A stretch of 64,000 bases of DNA from Bdellovibrionales bacterium (GTDB taxonomy: Bacteria; Bdellovibrionota; Bdellovibrionia; Bdellovibrionales; CAYMLA01): the NCBI GenBank assembly GCA_965217115.1, contig OZ244239.1:1664001-1728000 (forward strand), written 5' to 3'. Below, one piece after another: positions 1 to 9,043 of this stretch (the first letter of the stretch is position 1; each line of letters starts with the position of its first letter). The notes under the pieces were generated by a model, which searched no databases, was not told the DNA's origin, and saw only the letters and a list, made by a program, of their open reading frames with translations. The position numbers and the translations under genes were made by a program.

Positions 1-262
1 CTTCAAGAATAATACCACCTTTAATTGGCAAAGAGGGGGCAACAAGTTTGATTGATTTAACTAATTCTTTAGTTTGACGTCTCTTAGTTCCCCAAACAGC
101 ACTAGCATGTTCTAAGTTGTTGTAGTAGTGCTCATTCGTCCCATAAGCAGTCATACTTTCTGCAGCTATGGAAAGCCCCTTTGCAATACCACATTCCGAC
201 TCTGTATTTGCAAAAGAAGTCGAAACTATTAAACTAGCAAAAACAACTATCAATGATCTCAT
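1..262 (-). CDS. Secreted hypothetical protein (partial, runs off window start)
   Basis: Manual translation from ATG at 262: MRSLIVVFASLIVSTSFANTESECGIAKG..., open to position 1; GGAGG RBS upstream; signal-peptide-like N-terminus. Confidence 0.7.
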   Translation of the reverse strand, partial: MRSLIVVFASLIVSTSFANTESECGIAKGLSIAAESMTAYGTNEHYYNNLEHASAVWGTKRRQTKELVKSIKLVAPSLPIKGGIILE

Positions 263-382
263 GATTCCTCCTGATTACTCATCTGAGTAATGGTTTAATT
301 ACAAGCCTTGCAAATTACAGCGCGTACAAGTTTCGCACACACTGCAAGAAATTTATAGCAAAGAAAACTTCAATATTACGAG

Positions 383-793
383 TTACTTAAATTGTTCGCC
401 AAGAGAACAAACACCTGTTCTAGTCTCTTTTTTAGAAGTAATAACCCCAGTGCTGTTTTTAATATGCATAGTGATTAAGTTATTATCACTATCTTTAAAA
501 CTAAAATGTAACAAATTTTTCTGGTTCTCTATAATTGTGGAGTTTACCTCTATTGCAATGCCTGCTTTTGAAAGAGCCATAATCGTCTTAACAGGAGCAC
601 TAGAGTCGCCAAGAGTGACTGTTGCAACCCAATCTTTCAAGTTCAAGTATGCTGTAAAGTCAAATTTAGCATCAGCATCAGAAAACTCACATGAAACAGC
701 CTTAAAAGAAACGTTGGATGAAACTTTCAACTCAGAATTTGCGCTTGCATGAATAGAGACTCCCAACAAAAGGGATAATAATATTTTTTTCAT
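383..793 (-). CDS. Secreted hypothetical protein
   Basis: MKKILLSLLLGVSIHASA signal peptide; AAGGAG RBS before ATG at 793. Confidence 0.7.
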   Translation of the reverse strand: MKKILLSLLLGVSIHASANSELKVSSNVSFKAVSCEFSDADAKFDFTAYLNLKDWVATVTLGDSSAPVKTIMALSKAGIAIEVNSTIIENQKNLLHFSFKDSDNNLITMHIKNSTGVITSKKETRTGVCSLGEQFK

Positions 794-1020
794 AAGATTC
801 TCCTTATTTATGACCCTTTGTAACAAGGGTTTAAGTTTTATTAGAGCTTGTGCTCATAATTCAGTTTGCTTAACAGGAGGTTTAGACAAAGAAGAAGAGA
901 CAAGCAAGCAAAAACTTAACTAAGCGCAATAGCCTAAGATGTCTACCTGAGCCACCTTGTGAGCGTGCTGTCCATGAGCAACAACGCACAGCACCAGCTC
1001 TCCCCCCCCCCTTTTTTTTT

Positions 1021-1150
1021 CCGTTGTCCCCCTTCCCGTTGTTCCCCTTCCCGTTGTTCCCCTTCTCGTTGTTCCCCTCTCGTTGTTCCCCTCTCGTTCT
1101 TCCCCCCACCCTCCGTTGTTCTCCCCCTCCCTCCCTCCCCGTTGTTCCCA
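1021..1150. repeat. Degenerate ~14-15 bp pyrimidine-rich tandem repeat (CCGTTGTTCCCCTTC-like), preceded by C10-T9 homopolymers
   Basis: About 8 imperfect copies of the CGTTGTTCCC core read directly. Confidence 0.8.
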
Positions 1151-1174
1151 GTCAAGCGCAGGTTTCTAAAGTGA

Positions 1175-1290
1175 GTTTTTTAAGTGGGCTTTTGTTTTCA
1201 GATGAGTTCGGCTTGGTGCTCTGCTCGCTGAAGCGAGCGGTGCAGCCAAACGCATGTCTGAATCTGAAAATAGAAGCCCACTTAAAAAAC
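1175..1290 (+). ncRNA. Long structured hairpin element (candidate ncRNA/ssDNA motif), related in its core to the MITE hairpins
   Basis: 29-bp arms 1175-1203 / 1262-1290 pair fully with two G-U; inner hairpin CTGCTCGC-TGAA-GCGAGCGG; internal-loop strands GAGTTCGGCTTGG and CAAACGCATGTCTGA. Confidence 0.55.
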
Positions 1291-1392
1291 GGCACCATTC
1301 GCCCAAACCCAGCAAAAATTGGTTAAAAGTTAAACAAAACCCCAACCTTTACCAAAATAATTCAGAAATTCGCATAGTTTTCTCGACCTGTC

Positions 1393-1420
1393 TTAAGTCT
1401 AGATGAATTCAGGCCGACGA
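1393..1420 (+). promoter_or_regulatory. Putative sigma28 (FliA) promoter
   Basis: TTAAG-N15-GCCGACGA about 40 bp upstream of the GYF-PilZ gene; consensus TAAA-N15-GCCGATAA. Confidence 0.5.
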
Positions 1421-1458
1421 GTGTTTGTGAGATAAATTTTCTAGGGAGTGACTAAGCA

Positions 1459-2055
1459 ATGAAGAATAAGAAGGATCTAGAATTTCAAAATTTAGCACAA
1501 TGGCATGTTTTGAGAGGAGAGACAAAGAGTGGTCCTTTTAGTTATTTAGAAGTTATTTCCATGCTTCAGGGAAAAGATGTTTTTGAGTTTGATTATATTT
1601 GGAAAAAAGATATGAAAAATTGGGAGCGTATCGCTCTATTAGAAGAGTTCAGTTCAGAGGCAATAGGTCATTTGAAAAAAAATGAGGATATTGAGGTGAA
1701 GGATGTTTTTCATCGTCGCCGGCATCTTCGAACCGCATTTCAGGAGAGGGCTCTTGTGCATAATAATAAGTGCTTTTGGAATGGCAAAGGAATTGAAATA
1801 AGCTCAGGCGGAGCTGGAATTATTATGGAAAATGCAACCCTACAGCCGAAGGATGTTTTATTTATACATTTTGTTCCTAGTGGAGAGATACCTGCCTTTA
1901 ATGCTATTTGTGAAGTTGTTGGTAAGCAGTATGTAGATGGGGTGGAGAAAAAAGATGAACCTATTCGTTACGATGTGAAGTTCACTGGTTTAGATATAAA
2001 AGCACGTAAAAATATTAGTGTGTTTATAAATAAAAAATTCCCCAATGCTTCCTAA
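1459..2055 (+). CDS. GYF_2 (DUF4339) + PilZ domain protein
   Basis: N-terminal W...GPFS...IWKKDMKNWERI (GYF_2 pattern); RRRHLR and EISSGG (PilZ RxxxR / D-x-S-x-x-G-like motifs). Confidence 0.8.
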   Translation: MKNKKDLEFQNLAQWHVLRGETKSGPFSYLEVISMLQGKDVFEFDYIWKKDMKNWERIALLEEFSSEAIGHLKKNEDIEVKDVFHRRRHLRTAFQERALVHNNKCFWNGKGIEISSGGAGIIMENATLQPKDVLFIHFVPSGEIPAFNAICEVVGKQYVDGVEKKDEPIRYDVKFTGLDIKARKNISVFINKKFPNAS

Positions 2056-2072
2056 ATTAGGGTGGTCGTTTT

Positions 2073-3038
2073 ATGATTTGGATAAGAATATTCTGGTTAT
2101 CAATTTTGTCCCTAATGATGTCTTGTGGGAACAAGAAGTTTGATATTAAATCGCAAACAAGGGCCTTCAAAGGTTATGTGGAAGTCAATAACAAAGTTGA
2201 TATTTTGTGGGTTCTTGATAATTCATCTTCGATGGAGAGGCATCAAGAGCTTTTGAGTCAGCAGGTAGATTTCTTTATGAAGTCTATTCTAAAAGGTAAT
2301 TATGATTTTCATATTGGCGTGATCCATACGGATATGACTCCGAGTAAAGGGCCTGGAGTTTTATTGGGAAATCCTTCGGTGCTGACGTCGTCGACCTCTG
2401 ATGTTCAGAGTCTCTTGCAGGAAAAATTCCAGGTGGGAGATACTGGAACTAACTTTGAGCAGGGGTTGGCAGCAATGGAGGCAGCTTTGTCCCCGGATTA
2501 TTTACAGGGAGTTAATCAGGGTTTTCTCCGTCAAGAGGCTTCCTTGGTGGTGATATTTCTTAGTGATGAAGATGACCATAGTTCTGAAGAAGTGACTCAT
2601 TACATTCAAATTTTGAATCAATTAAAAGGAGCGTCTGCGAAGAAAAGTAGAGGTTGGGATGTCCATTTTATTGGTGTTCTAGAGGATAGTTTGTCTTGTA
2701 CCACGATGAATGACTACTCCGAAGTGGGTCAACGTTACATGGAGATGGTGAACGAATCTGGAGGAGCTAAAGAATCTATCTGTGCGGCGGATTTTTCAAC
2801 AGCTTTGTCCAGAATTCAATCAAGAATAGTGAGTGTACTTACGGATTTTCCTTTGGATAGAAGGCCTATTATTGAGTCTATTCAAGTTTGGACAAATGAT
2901 GTTAAAGTGCCTCAAAACTCAGAGAACGGTTGGGTTTATTTAGCAGATAAAAATGCAGTGTCTTTTCGAGGGTCGTTCATTCCTAAAAATGGGGCAAAAA
3001 TTCGCGTGGATTTTACTCCAGTGAGTGTTTTTGAGTGA
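2073..3038 (+). CDS. vWA/MIDAS-domain lipoprotein (Bdellovibrio/Myxococcus CglB-like type)
   Basis: Lipobox LMMSC; VDILWVLDNSSSM (DxSxS MIDAS motif); IFLSDEDD. Confidence 0.75.
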   Translation: MIWIRIFWLSILSLMMSCGNKKFDIKSQTRAFKGYVEVNNKVDILWVLDNSSSMERHQELLSQQVDFFMKSILKGNYDFHIGVIHTDMTPSKGPGVLLGNPSVLTSSTSDVQSLLQEKFQVGDTGTNFEQGLAAMEAALSPDYLQGVNQGFLRQEASLVVIFLSDEDDHSSEEVTHYIQILNQLKGASAKKSRGWDVHFIGVLEDSLSCTTMNDYSEVGQRYMEMVNESGGAKESICAADFSTALSRIQSRIVSVLTDFPLDRRPIIESIQVWTNDVKVPQNSENGWVYLADKNAVSFRGSFIPKNGAKIRVDFTPVSVFE

Positions 3039-3371
3039 TTTTTCTTGTAGGTAATACGCCCTAACTATTCTTTTTAAGATGTTTTTTTCTTTCTTCTTCG
3101 GCGTTTTCTACGCTTGTTTTTCTTACAGGTAATATTAATAAAACCTTAAAAATTCACGATCGTACAAGTATGTGACCTCTTAGGGTTATCTGTCAAGTGT
3201 GAGAAGAAGCTGTGAAAGTGGGTTGGCCAATATTAGGGGATGGATGGTGTGGGTCCACTGATTTTTCTTGCAGAGGCTCGGAATTTAACGGGAATTCAGT
3301 GACAGAGGGAAAGCGGTTTGGTAGGGTTTGGTGGCATTTGCAAGTGAGAGTCGTGTAGAGGAGATAAGGGT

Positions 3372-3971
3372 ATGCCAGAAAACCCTTCTGGAGTGGATAT
3401 GGGCGTGGGAGCTGGGGGTGTTTTGCCTGGTTCTCAGATGAGTTCGCGTATAGCTGGTGATCAGACGGTTCAAGATGAATCCCGTGCTTTTGCTATGACC
3501 ACCCGTTTAGATAAGCTTGTGGCGTGGGGTCGTAGAAATTCTTTATGGCCTTTGCCCTATGGAACGGCCTGTTGTGGTATTGAGTTGATGTCAGTGATGG
3601 GGCCTCGTTATGATTTAGCTCGTTTTGGAGCTGAGGTGGTTCGTTTTTCGCCCCGTCAAGCAGACTTGATGCTAGTGGCTGGAACGATTACAGAAAAAAT
3701 GGCCCCTGTCCTTTTGCGTATTTATCAACAAATGTTGGAACCAAAGTATGTTTTGTCGATGGGGGCCTGTGCGAGTTCTGGTGGATTTTATCGTGCTTAT
3801 CATGTGGTTCAAGGGATTGATCGTATCATTCCTGTGGATGTTTATGTTCCCGGGTGTCCTCCGACTCCAGAAGCTGTTTTGGATGGAGTGATGGTTTTGC
3901 AAAAAATGATCACAGACGGGACTCCGCGACCATGGAAAGAGAATTGGAAAGAGAATTGGAAAGATAATTAA
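3372..3971 (+). CDS. nuoB: NADH-quinone oxidoreductase subunit B
   Basis: [33 protein letters not shown] motifs. Confidence 0.97.
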   Translation: MPENPSGVDMGVGAGGVLPGSQMSSRIAGDQTVQDESRAFAMTTRLDKLVAWGRRNSLWPLPYGTACCGIELMSVMGPRYDLARFGAEVVRFSPRQADLMLVAGTITEKMAPVLLRIYQQMLEPKYVLSMGACASSGGFYRAYHVVQGIDRIIPVDVYVPGCPPTPEAVLDGVMVLQKMITDGTPRPWKENWKENWKDN

Positions 3972-3986
3972 GAGATGTTGGTTTAA

Positions 3987-5672
3987 ATGAATGTAAAAAT
4001 AGAAAAGATAAAAAAAGAATTAGAGGTTAAAAACCTTGTTTTAAAGTCAGAGTTTACAACAGTTTTCAATGATGAAGTGCTGACTCTGGATAAAGAAGAA
4101 ATTGTTGCTGTGTTATCGCATCTTAAAAAAGAAAGTCATTATGATTTCTTGATGGATATCTGTGGTGTGGATTACCCAAAAAGAGAAAAACGTTTTGAAG
4201 TGGTTTACCATTTATACTCATCTAAGGACGCTCAACGTTTGCGTATAAAATTAAAAGTAGCAGAGGGTGAGAGTGTGAAAACGGCAACCACTGTTTGGAA
4301 AGGGGCGGATTGGTTTGAGCGAGAGACCTATGAAATGTTTGGAATTAATTTTAGTGGGCATCGGAATTTACGTCGTCTATTAACTCATCACCAATTTGAG
4401 GGATATCCACTTCGTAAGGATTACGATGCCGATCGACAACAGCATTGCTATGAATCTCTGCCGGTGCATTTTAATATTGATGATGAGCACGACTCGATTG
4501 AACCGAGTGACAACATGGTTCCCATTAATATTGGCCCTTCCCATCCAGCGACCCATGGAACGTTGCGTGTAATGGCTGAATTAGATGGGGAGACGATTGT
4601 AAGAGCGAATCCTGAAATAGGTTATCTCCACCGTTGTTTTGAAAAAATGGCAGAAACTCACACTTACAATCAAGTGATTCCCTACACTGATCGCTTGAAT
4701 TACTGTTCGGCAGCGTCTAACAATATTGGTTATTGCAAGACTGTGGAGAGAATATTGGAAGTTGAAATTCCTGCCAGAGCACAGACAATGAGAGTGATTT
4801 TAGCTGAACTATCCCGAGTGATTGATCACATTATAGCTGTTGGAACAGGAGCTGTGGACTTAGGAGCCTTATCGGGGTTCTTTTATTTATTTACTTTTAG
4901 GGAAAAGGTTTACACTCTTTTTGAAAAACTTTGTGGAGCACGCTTGACAGTGGCTTTGACTCGAGTGGGTGGAATGACTCAGGATGCACCAGAGGGATGG
5001 TTTGATGATGTCCTGGGTTTTTGTAAAGAGATGAGAACTGAGTTAGATCAAATGGAGTCTTTGCTAATAGACAATAAAATTTTTATTAAGAGAACTCGTG
5101 ATGTTGGTAACATAACACAAGAGAATGCGATTGAGTGGGGTTATACGGGGCCTTTATTGAGATCGACAGGAGTGAGTCAAGATTTACGTAAATCCCAGCC
5201 TTACTATGGTTATGATCAGTATGATTTCGATGTTCCTATTGGAAGCACGGGTGATCTTTACGATCGTTATTTAGTGCGCGTTGAGGAAATGCGTCAGTCT
5301 TTGCATATTATTGAGCAAGCTTCTCGTAATATTCCTGGTGGGGATTACACGATCAGGGATAAGAATATCGTGTTACCTGAAAAAAAAGATGTCTATGGAA
5401 ACATCGAGGGTTTAATGAATCATTTTATGTTGGTGATCAATGGCTTGCGGCCTCCTGCAGGAGAACTTTACGATGCGACCGAGGCTCCTAATGGTGAGTT
5501 GGGTTTTTATTTAGTGAGCGATGAGAGTGGGAACCCCTATCGTTTGAAAGTTCGCCCCCCTTGTTTTGCCATTTATCAGTCTTTTTCAGAAGTGGCAAAG
5601 GGTGGGTTGATAGCTGATGCAATAGCAACGATAGCAACGATGAATTTAATTGCGGGTGAGTTGGATCGCTAG
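3987..5672 (+). CDS. nuoCD: NADH-quinone oxidoreductase fused subunit C/D
   Basis: NuoC ERETYEMFG / GYPLRKDY followed by NuoD NIGPSHPATHG, GYLHRCFEK, terminal GELDR. Confidence 0.97.
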   Translation: MNVKIEKIKKELEVKNLVLKSEFTTVFNDEVLTLDKEEIVAVLSHLKKESHYDFLMDICGVDYPKREKRFEVVYHLYSSKDAQRLRIKLKVAEGESVKTATTVWKGADWFERETYEMFGINFSGHRNLRRLLTHHQFEGYPLRKDYDADRQQHCYESLPVHFNIDDEHDSIEPSDNMVPINIGPSHPATHGTLRVMAELDGETIVRANPEIGYLHRCFEKMAETHTYNQVIPYTDRLNYCSAASNNIGYCKTVERILEVEIPARAQTMRVILAELSRVIDHIIAVGTGAVDLGALSGFFYLFTFREKVYTLFEKLCGARLTVALTRVGGMTQDAPEGWFDDVLGFCKEMRTELDQMESLLIDNKIFIKRTRDVGNITQENAIEWGYTGPLLRSTGVSQDLRKSQPYYGYDQYDFDVPIGSTGDLYDRYLVRVEEMRQSLHIIEQASRNIPGGDYTIRDKNIVLPEKKDVYGNIEGLMNHFMLVINGLRPPAGELYDATEAPNGELGFYLVSDESGNPYRLKVRPPCFAIYQSFSEVAKGGLIADAIATIATMNLIAGELDR

Positions 5673-5692
5673 AGAAAATAAAAAGGGTTAAT

Positions 5693-6166
5693 ATGTTTAA
5701 GTTATCAGATGAAGGTTTGAGTTTTGTAAAAAAGGAATTGGGCAGATATGAGGAATCAGAGTCGGCAATCATCCCATGCCTTTTTATGGCTCAGAAAGAA
5801 AATGGTGGGCACATATCCGACGAGGTGATTGACTGCCTAAGTGAGGTAATGAAGCTACCGACATCTAAGATTAATGAGGTTTTTAAATTCTATACGATGT
5901 TTAATCAGAAACCTGTTGGGAAACACCATGTGCAGGTGTGCAATAATATTTCCTGCGCTTTAAACGGTGGGCGTGAATTGACAGATTATATCTGTAAAGA
6001 ATTGGGAACGAGCGTTGATCAGGTGACAGAGGATAATCAATTTAGTGTGTCGCGTGTGGAGTGCTTGGGATCTTGTGGAACGGCTCCTATGATGCAGGTT
6101 AACGATAGTTATTATGAGGGATTGGATAATAATTCAGCGATGAAAATTTTGCGGGAGTTGAATTAA
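5693..6166 (+). CDS. nuoE: NADH-quinone oxidoreductase subunit E
   Basis: FYTMF, CNNISC, ECLGSCGTAP [2Fe-2S] motifs. Confidence 0.96.
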   Translation: MFKLSDEGLSFVKKELGRYEESESAIIPCLFMAQKENGGHISDEVIDCLSEVMKLPTSKINEVFKFYTMFNQKPVGKHHVQVCNNISCALNGGRELTDYICKELGTSVDQVTEDNQFSVSRVECLGSCGTAPMMQVNDSYYEGLDNNSAMKILRELN

Positions 6167-7467
6167 TGGAATTAAAACTGCTTACAGAATTTTATCATCT
6201 TGATGAATTCAGAACTTTAGATGGCTACAGGAAAAATGGTGGATATGCTGTTTTAAAAAAAGCACTAAAAATGAAGCCGAATGATATTAAAGACGAGGTA
6301 AAAGCTTCGGGTTTGCGTGGTCGTGGAGGAGCTGGATTTCCTACGGGAGTTAAGTGGGGTTTTTTACCAGACAATAGTGAACCTCGTTATTTACTTTGCA
6401 ATGCAGACGAAGGTGAACCTGGAACTTTTAAAGATCGCGAGATGATGGAGCGTGCGCCCCATCAGTTGATAGAGGGAATGATTATTTCAGCCTATGGGGT
6501 TGGGGCTAATAAGGCTTATATATATATTCGTGGAGAGTATAATTATCCCTATTCTGTGTTGAGAGAAGCACTGGATGAAGCTTATAAAGCGGGTTGTTTG
6601 GGTAGGGATATTTTGGGATCTGGTTTTGACTTAGAGATGGATTTATACTCTGGGGCGGGAGCTTATATTTGTGGAGAGGAGACGGGAATGATTTCTTCTC
6701 TTGAGGGTAAAAAAGGACAACCTAAATTGAAACCGCCCTTTCCTGCGATTCAGGGATATTTGCGTAAGCCAACTATTGTGAATAACGTTGAAACACTGGC
6801 TGCAGTGATTCCTATTATTCGTGATGGAGCGGAGGCTTATAAAAAAATTGGTACAGAGAAGTCGACGGGGACAAAATTATTTTCCATCAGTGGTAATGTG
6901 ATGAAACCAGGAAATTATGAAGTCCCTTTAGGGGTTCCGTTAAAAGATTTTATCAATCAGTTAGCTGGGGGAGTGCCCCCAGGGCGTAAATTGAAAGCGG
7001 TGATTCCGGGAGGTTCGTCAGCTCCTGTATTGACGACTGAAGAGGTGGAAGTTGCCTGTTTAGATTATGAATCTTTATCTGGTCTTGGCAGTATGTTGGG
7101 ATCAGGAGCGATCATTGTTATAGATGATTCTAATTGTATGGTGGATTTATTAAGTGTGTTGTCACATTTTTATCAACATGAGTCTTGTGGTCAATGCACC
7201 CCTTGTCGTGAGGGTACGGGTTGGTTATATAAGATAGTTAACAGTATTTTAGCGGGAGAGGGGAGACTTCAGGATATAGAACTCTTGGAGAAAGTAGCCA
7301 ATGAGATGAAGGGTAAAACAATCTGTGCTTTATCAGATGCGGCGGCATTACCAGTGTTGAGCTTTATTGAAAAATTCCGTGATGAATTTGAATTTTTTGT
7401 GCGCGAAGGGCGTTCAAAGGTGAAGGGAAATATTTATCGTGCACCAGAAGGAGCGGTTCATGCTTAA
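6166..7467 (+). CDS. nuoF: NADH-quinone oxidoreductase subunit F
   Basis: SGLRGRGGAGFPTG, NADEGEPG, YICGEET, ESCGQCTPCREG. Confidence 0.97.
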   Translation: MELKLLTEFYHLDEFRTLDGYRKNGGYAVLKKALKMKPNDIKDEVKASGLRGRGGAGFPTGVKWGFLPDNSEPRYLLCNADEGEPGTFKDREMMERAPHQLIEGMIISAYGVGANKAYIYIRGEYNYPYSVLREALDEAYKAGCLGRDILGSGFDLEMDLYSGAGAYICGEETGMISSLEGKKGQPKLKPPFPAIQGYLRKPTIVNNVETLAAVIPIIRDGAEAYKKIGTEKSTGTKLFSISGNVMKPGNYEVPLGVPLKDFINQLAGGVPPGRKLKAVIPGGSSAPVLTTEEVEVACLDYESLSGLGSMLGSGAIIVIDDSNCMVDLLSVLSHFYQHESCGQCTPCREGTGWLYKIVNSILAGEGRLQDIELLEKVANEMKGKTICALSDAAALPVLSFIEKFRDEFEFFVREGRSKVKGNIYRAPEGAVHA

Positions 7468-9043
7468 ATGTACAGTCAACGGAAAAGAGATTGAAGTCGA
7501 AAAGGGCACGACTGTTATAGAGGCTTTTAAGAAAGGTGAACAGGATATAGCCCATTACTGTTGGCATCCAGGTCTTAGTGTAGCAGGAGCGTGTCGTCTC
7601 TGTATGGTTGAAATAGAAGGCAACCCTCGGTTGCAGATTTCTTGTAATACAACTGTGCAAGATGGAATGGTCGTCAGTAACCAAACTGAAAAAGTGAAAG
7701 AGGCTGTTCGTTGGGGTTTGGATTTTCATTTGATTAATCATCCGTTGGATTGTCCTATTTGCGATCAGGCAGGAGAGTGCGAGCTTCAGGAGCAGTACAT
7801 GAAGTTTGGACAGTATGATTCTTCCATGGCAGAGAATAAGGTTAAGAAACAAAAAGTAGTGAGTTTAGGTGAGAGAGTTGTTTTAGATTCAGAGAGATGT
7901 GTTCTTTGCTCCCGTTGTGTGCGTTTTACGGATGAGGTGACAGAGACCCATGAGTTGGGAATTTTTAACCGAGGAAATCGTAGTGAGTTAGGAACATTTA
8001 AAAATCGTCCGCTCGATAATAAGTACTCTTTGAACACGGTGGATATTTGTCCTGTGGGGGCGTTGACCTCTAAGGATTTTCGCTTTGAGCAAAGGGTGTG
8101 GCTTTTAAAAGAGACGGAAACCACCTGCCCAGGTTGTTCTACGGGGTGTAGGGTGAAGGTTTATCATAATAATTCGGGTGTTTATCGTATTAAACCAGTT
8201 TATGATAAAGAGGTTAATGGGTATTGGATGTGTGATGAAGGGCGTGATATTTATAAATCAGTAAATAAAGAACAGCGTCTGGGGTATGGTAAAAAACACA
8301 ATGGACTCTCTTGGGATTTGATGTCTCCAGGTGAAGCGGTTAAATCGGCGGCCTGTGATCTTCAGGGAATAGATAAGAAGTCGGTCGCTTTAGTATTGAC
8401 GGGCCAATTTAGCAATGAGGAGTATGAAAAAGCCATTGTTGAATTTAAGGGGAGTTATAATTCAGAAAATATTCACCATTGGCAGAATGAAGAAGAGATG
8501 GCAGATGATTTTGATGGGTTATTGATTCGTGGTGATAAAAACCCAAATACTCGTGGTTTAAAAGAGGCTTTAAATAAAAATTCTATTGAGGCTGTGCAGT
8601 TGAATCAGCTAGAAGAGAAAATAAATTCTGGTGTTATCAAAGCTGTCATTGTGGCTTCTCCTGAGAATTTGTTAGGGTATAGTGATTTTAGTAACAAGGT
8701 GAATTTATTTTCTAAGGTAGAGAAGATCGTGTGGTTAACAGCGGTGAAGAGTAAAGAGCTGGACTCTTTGATAGGTGATGTTTATCAGATACCATTGAAG
8801 ACCTTTGTTGAAAAATCGGGAACAACGATAAACTATGCAGGATTAGAGAGGAAACGACAGAAGGCGATGATTATTATATCTACGGCATTCACTTTAGATC
8901 AGGCGTTAACTTTGTTGGTTGGAAAAAACATTGTTCCTGAAACTGTAACTGGTGTGGGGGATAAGACGTCAGAAGTGACCGATCATGTAACTAACCAAAT
9001 GCGTGTGACAAATGAATTTGTTCACAGAAGAGGTTCTTTATGA
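7460..9043 (+). CDS. nuoG: NADH-quinone oxidoreductase subunit G (short form)
   Basis: HYCWHP..GACRLC, HPLDCPICDQAGECELQ, CVLCSRC, CPGCSTGC; start at ATG 7460 after AGGAG. Confidence 0.93.
   Translation: MLKCTVNGKEIEVEKGTTVIEAFKKGEQDIAHYCWHPGLSVAGACRLCMVEIEGNPRLQISCNTTVQDGMVVSNQTEKVKEAVRWGLDFHLINHPLDCPICDQAGECELQEQYMKFGQYDSSMAENKVKKQKVVSLGERVVLDSERCVLCSRCVRFTDEVTETHELGIFNRGNRSELGTFKNRPLDNKYSLNTVDICPVGALTSKDFRFEQRVWLLKETETTCPGCSTGCRVKVYHNNSGVYRIKPVYDKEVNGYWMCDEGRDIYKSVNKEQRLGYGKKHNGLSWDLMSPGEAVKSAACDLQGIDKKSVALVLTGQFSNEEYEKAIVEFKGSYNSENIHHWQNEEEMADDFDGLLIRGDKNPNTRGLKEALNKNSIEAVQLNQLEEKINSGVIKAVIVASPENLLGYSDFSNKVNLFSKVEKIVWLTAVKSKELDSLIGDVYQIPLKTFVEKSGTTINYAGLERKRQKAMIIISTAFTLDQALTLLVGKNIVPETVTGVGDKTSEVTDHVTNQMRVTNEFVHRRGSL

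Noticed and set aside
1021..1150. CRISPR array (GTTGTTCCC-type repeats)
   Set aside because: Units are ~15 bp and contiguous, with no unique spacers; no cas genes in the window.
882..1326. ORFs with GNNGK / REGEQ / PSRCS repeats
   Set aside because: Open frames arise from the low-complexity repeat in several frames at once; no RBS or recognisable domain.
3934..3969. 12-bp repeat at the nuoB 3' end (WKEN x3) and 8-bp TTTAGTCC x3 at 56560-56583
   Set aside because: Short slippage repeats with no evident functional consequence.
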